This document shows, in pieces, positions 63,725 to 64,000 of a DNA stretch of 64,000 nucleotides (position 1 is its first letter; each line of letters starts with the position of its first letter). The stretch is from an uncultured delta proteobacterium (GTDB taxonomy: Bacteria > Myxococcota_A > Polyangia > Polyangiales > Polyangiaceae), in assembly GCA_963841435.1 (NCBI GenBank), contig CAWJCS010000005.1:800001-864000 (forward strand). The letters run 5' to 3'. Made by a program: the position numbers and the translations under genes. Under the pieces are notes generated by a model that ran no database searches, had not been told where the DNA came from, and worked only from the letters and a program-made list of their open reading frames with translations.

Positions 63725-64000
63725 TCAGCTCGCCTTGAGTTTCTTGGTCCGGGCGGCTTTCGTGGGCAACGCGCCAGGGACGTTGAAGGCTACAACGGCG
63801 AGCGTCAACTCCCGGTTCGGGTCGTCCCGGTGCCGAAAGGTCGCTCTGAACCGAGTCTCGCCGGTCGCCGCGAAATCGCGCTTGTAGTTTGGGTGGCCCT
63901 TTACCGTTTCCGGAATCTTCGCGACGACCTCCGAGAAGGCTCGTCCGCGGTTGAACACGAGCACCGCGACTTTCGTGTCTCGCCACGATGCGTAGCTGAG
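63725..64000 (-). CDS. C-terminus of a conserved hypothetical protein, possibly nuclease-like (partial)
   Basis: LSYASWRDTKVAVLVFNR motif; 5' part lies outside the window. Confidence 0.55.
   Translation of the reverse strand, partial: LSYASWRDTKVAVLVFNRGRAFSEVVAKIPETVKGHPNYKRDFAATGETRFRATFRHRDDPNRELTLAVVAFNVPGALPTKAARTKKLKAS

Overview
High-GC bacterial DNA, most likely a myxobacterium (Polyangiales-like). This is inferred from a MYXO-CTERM-type tail, many Gly-rich-linker lipoproteins, a eukaryotic-like Ser/Thr kinase and an ECF/FecR-TPR module. The first ~28 kb mixes housekeeping genes (GreA/B-like factor, MscS, hflKC, ppdK, trpS) with four type II toxin-antitoxin modules, each with a visible palindromic operator, and an unusual GAF-GGDEF-sugar-binding-domain diguanylate cyclase. 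Positions ~29-50 kb are a decayed, mobile and defence-rich patchwork. It holds a comM/YifB remnant, oriIS-like IS91 ends, and a 2.6 kb segment bounded by ~105 bp inverted repeats that carries a three-gene operon ending in a Fic toxin. It also holds two TIR-domain genes around a putative PD-(D/E)XK nuclease, a truncated IS91 transposase interrupted by a 91-nt hairpin element, an integron attC site without an integrase, and an orphan 4-repeat CRISPR array fused to a truncated IS21 istB. Positions ~50-63 kb hold four tandem esterases or hydrolases on Gly-rich tethers, a divergent ECF sigma/FecR/outer-membrane/LamG operon, a GH62 fragment and a zincin-FG-GAP protein. Many genes carry single-base frameshifts that may be long-read consensus errors rather than true pseudogenisation. 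No rRNA, tRNA or cas genes were seen. All family assignments come from motif recognition by eye, not database searches.
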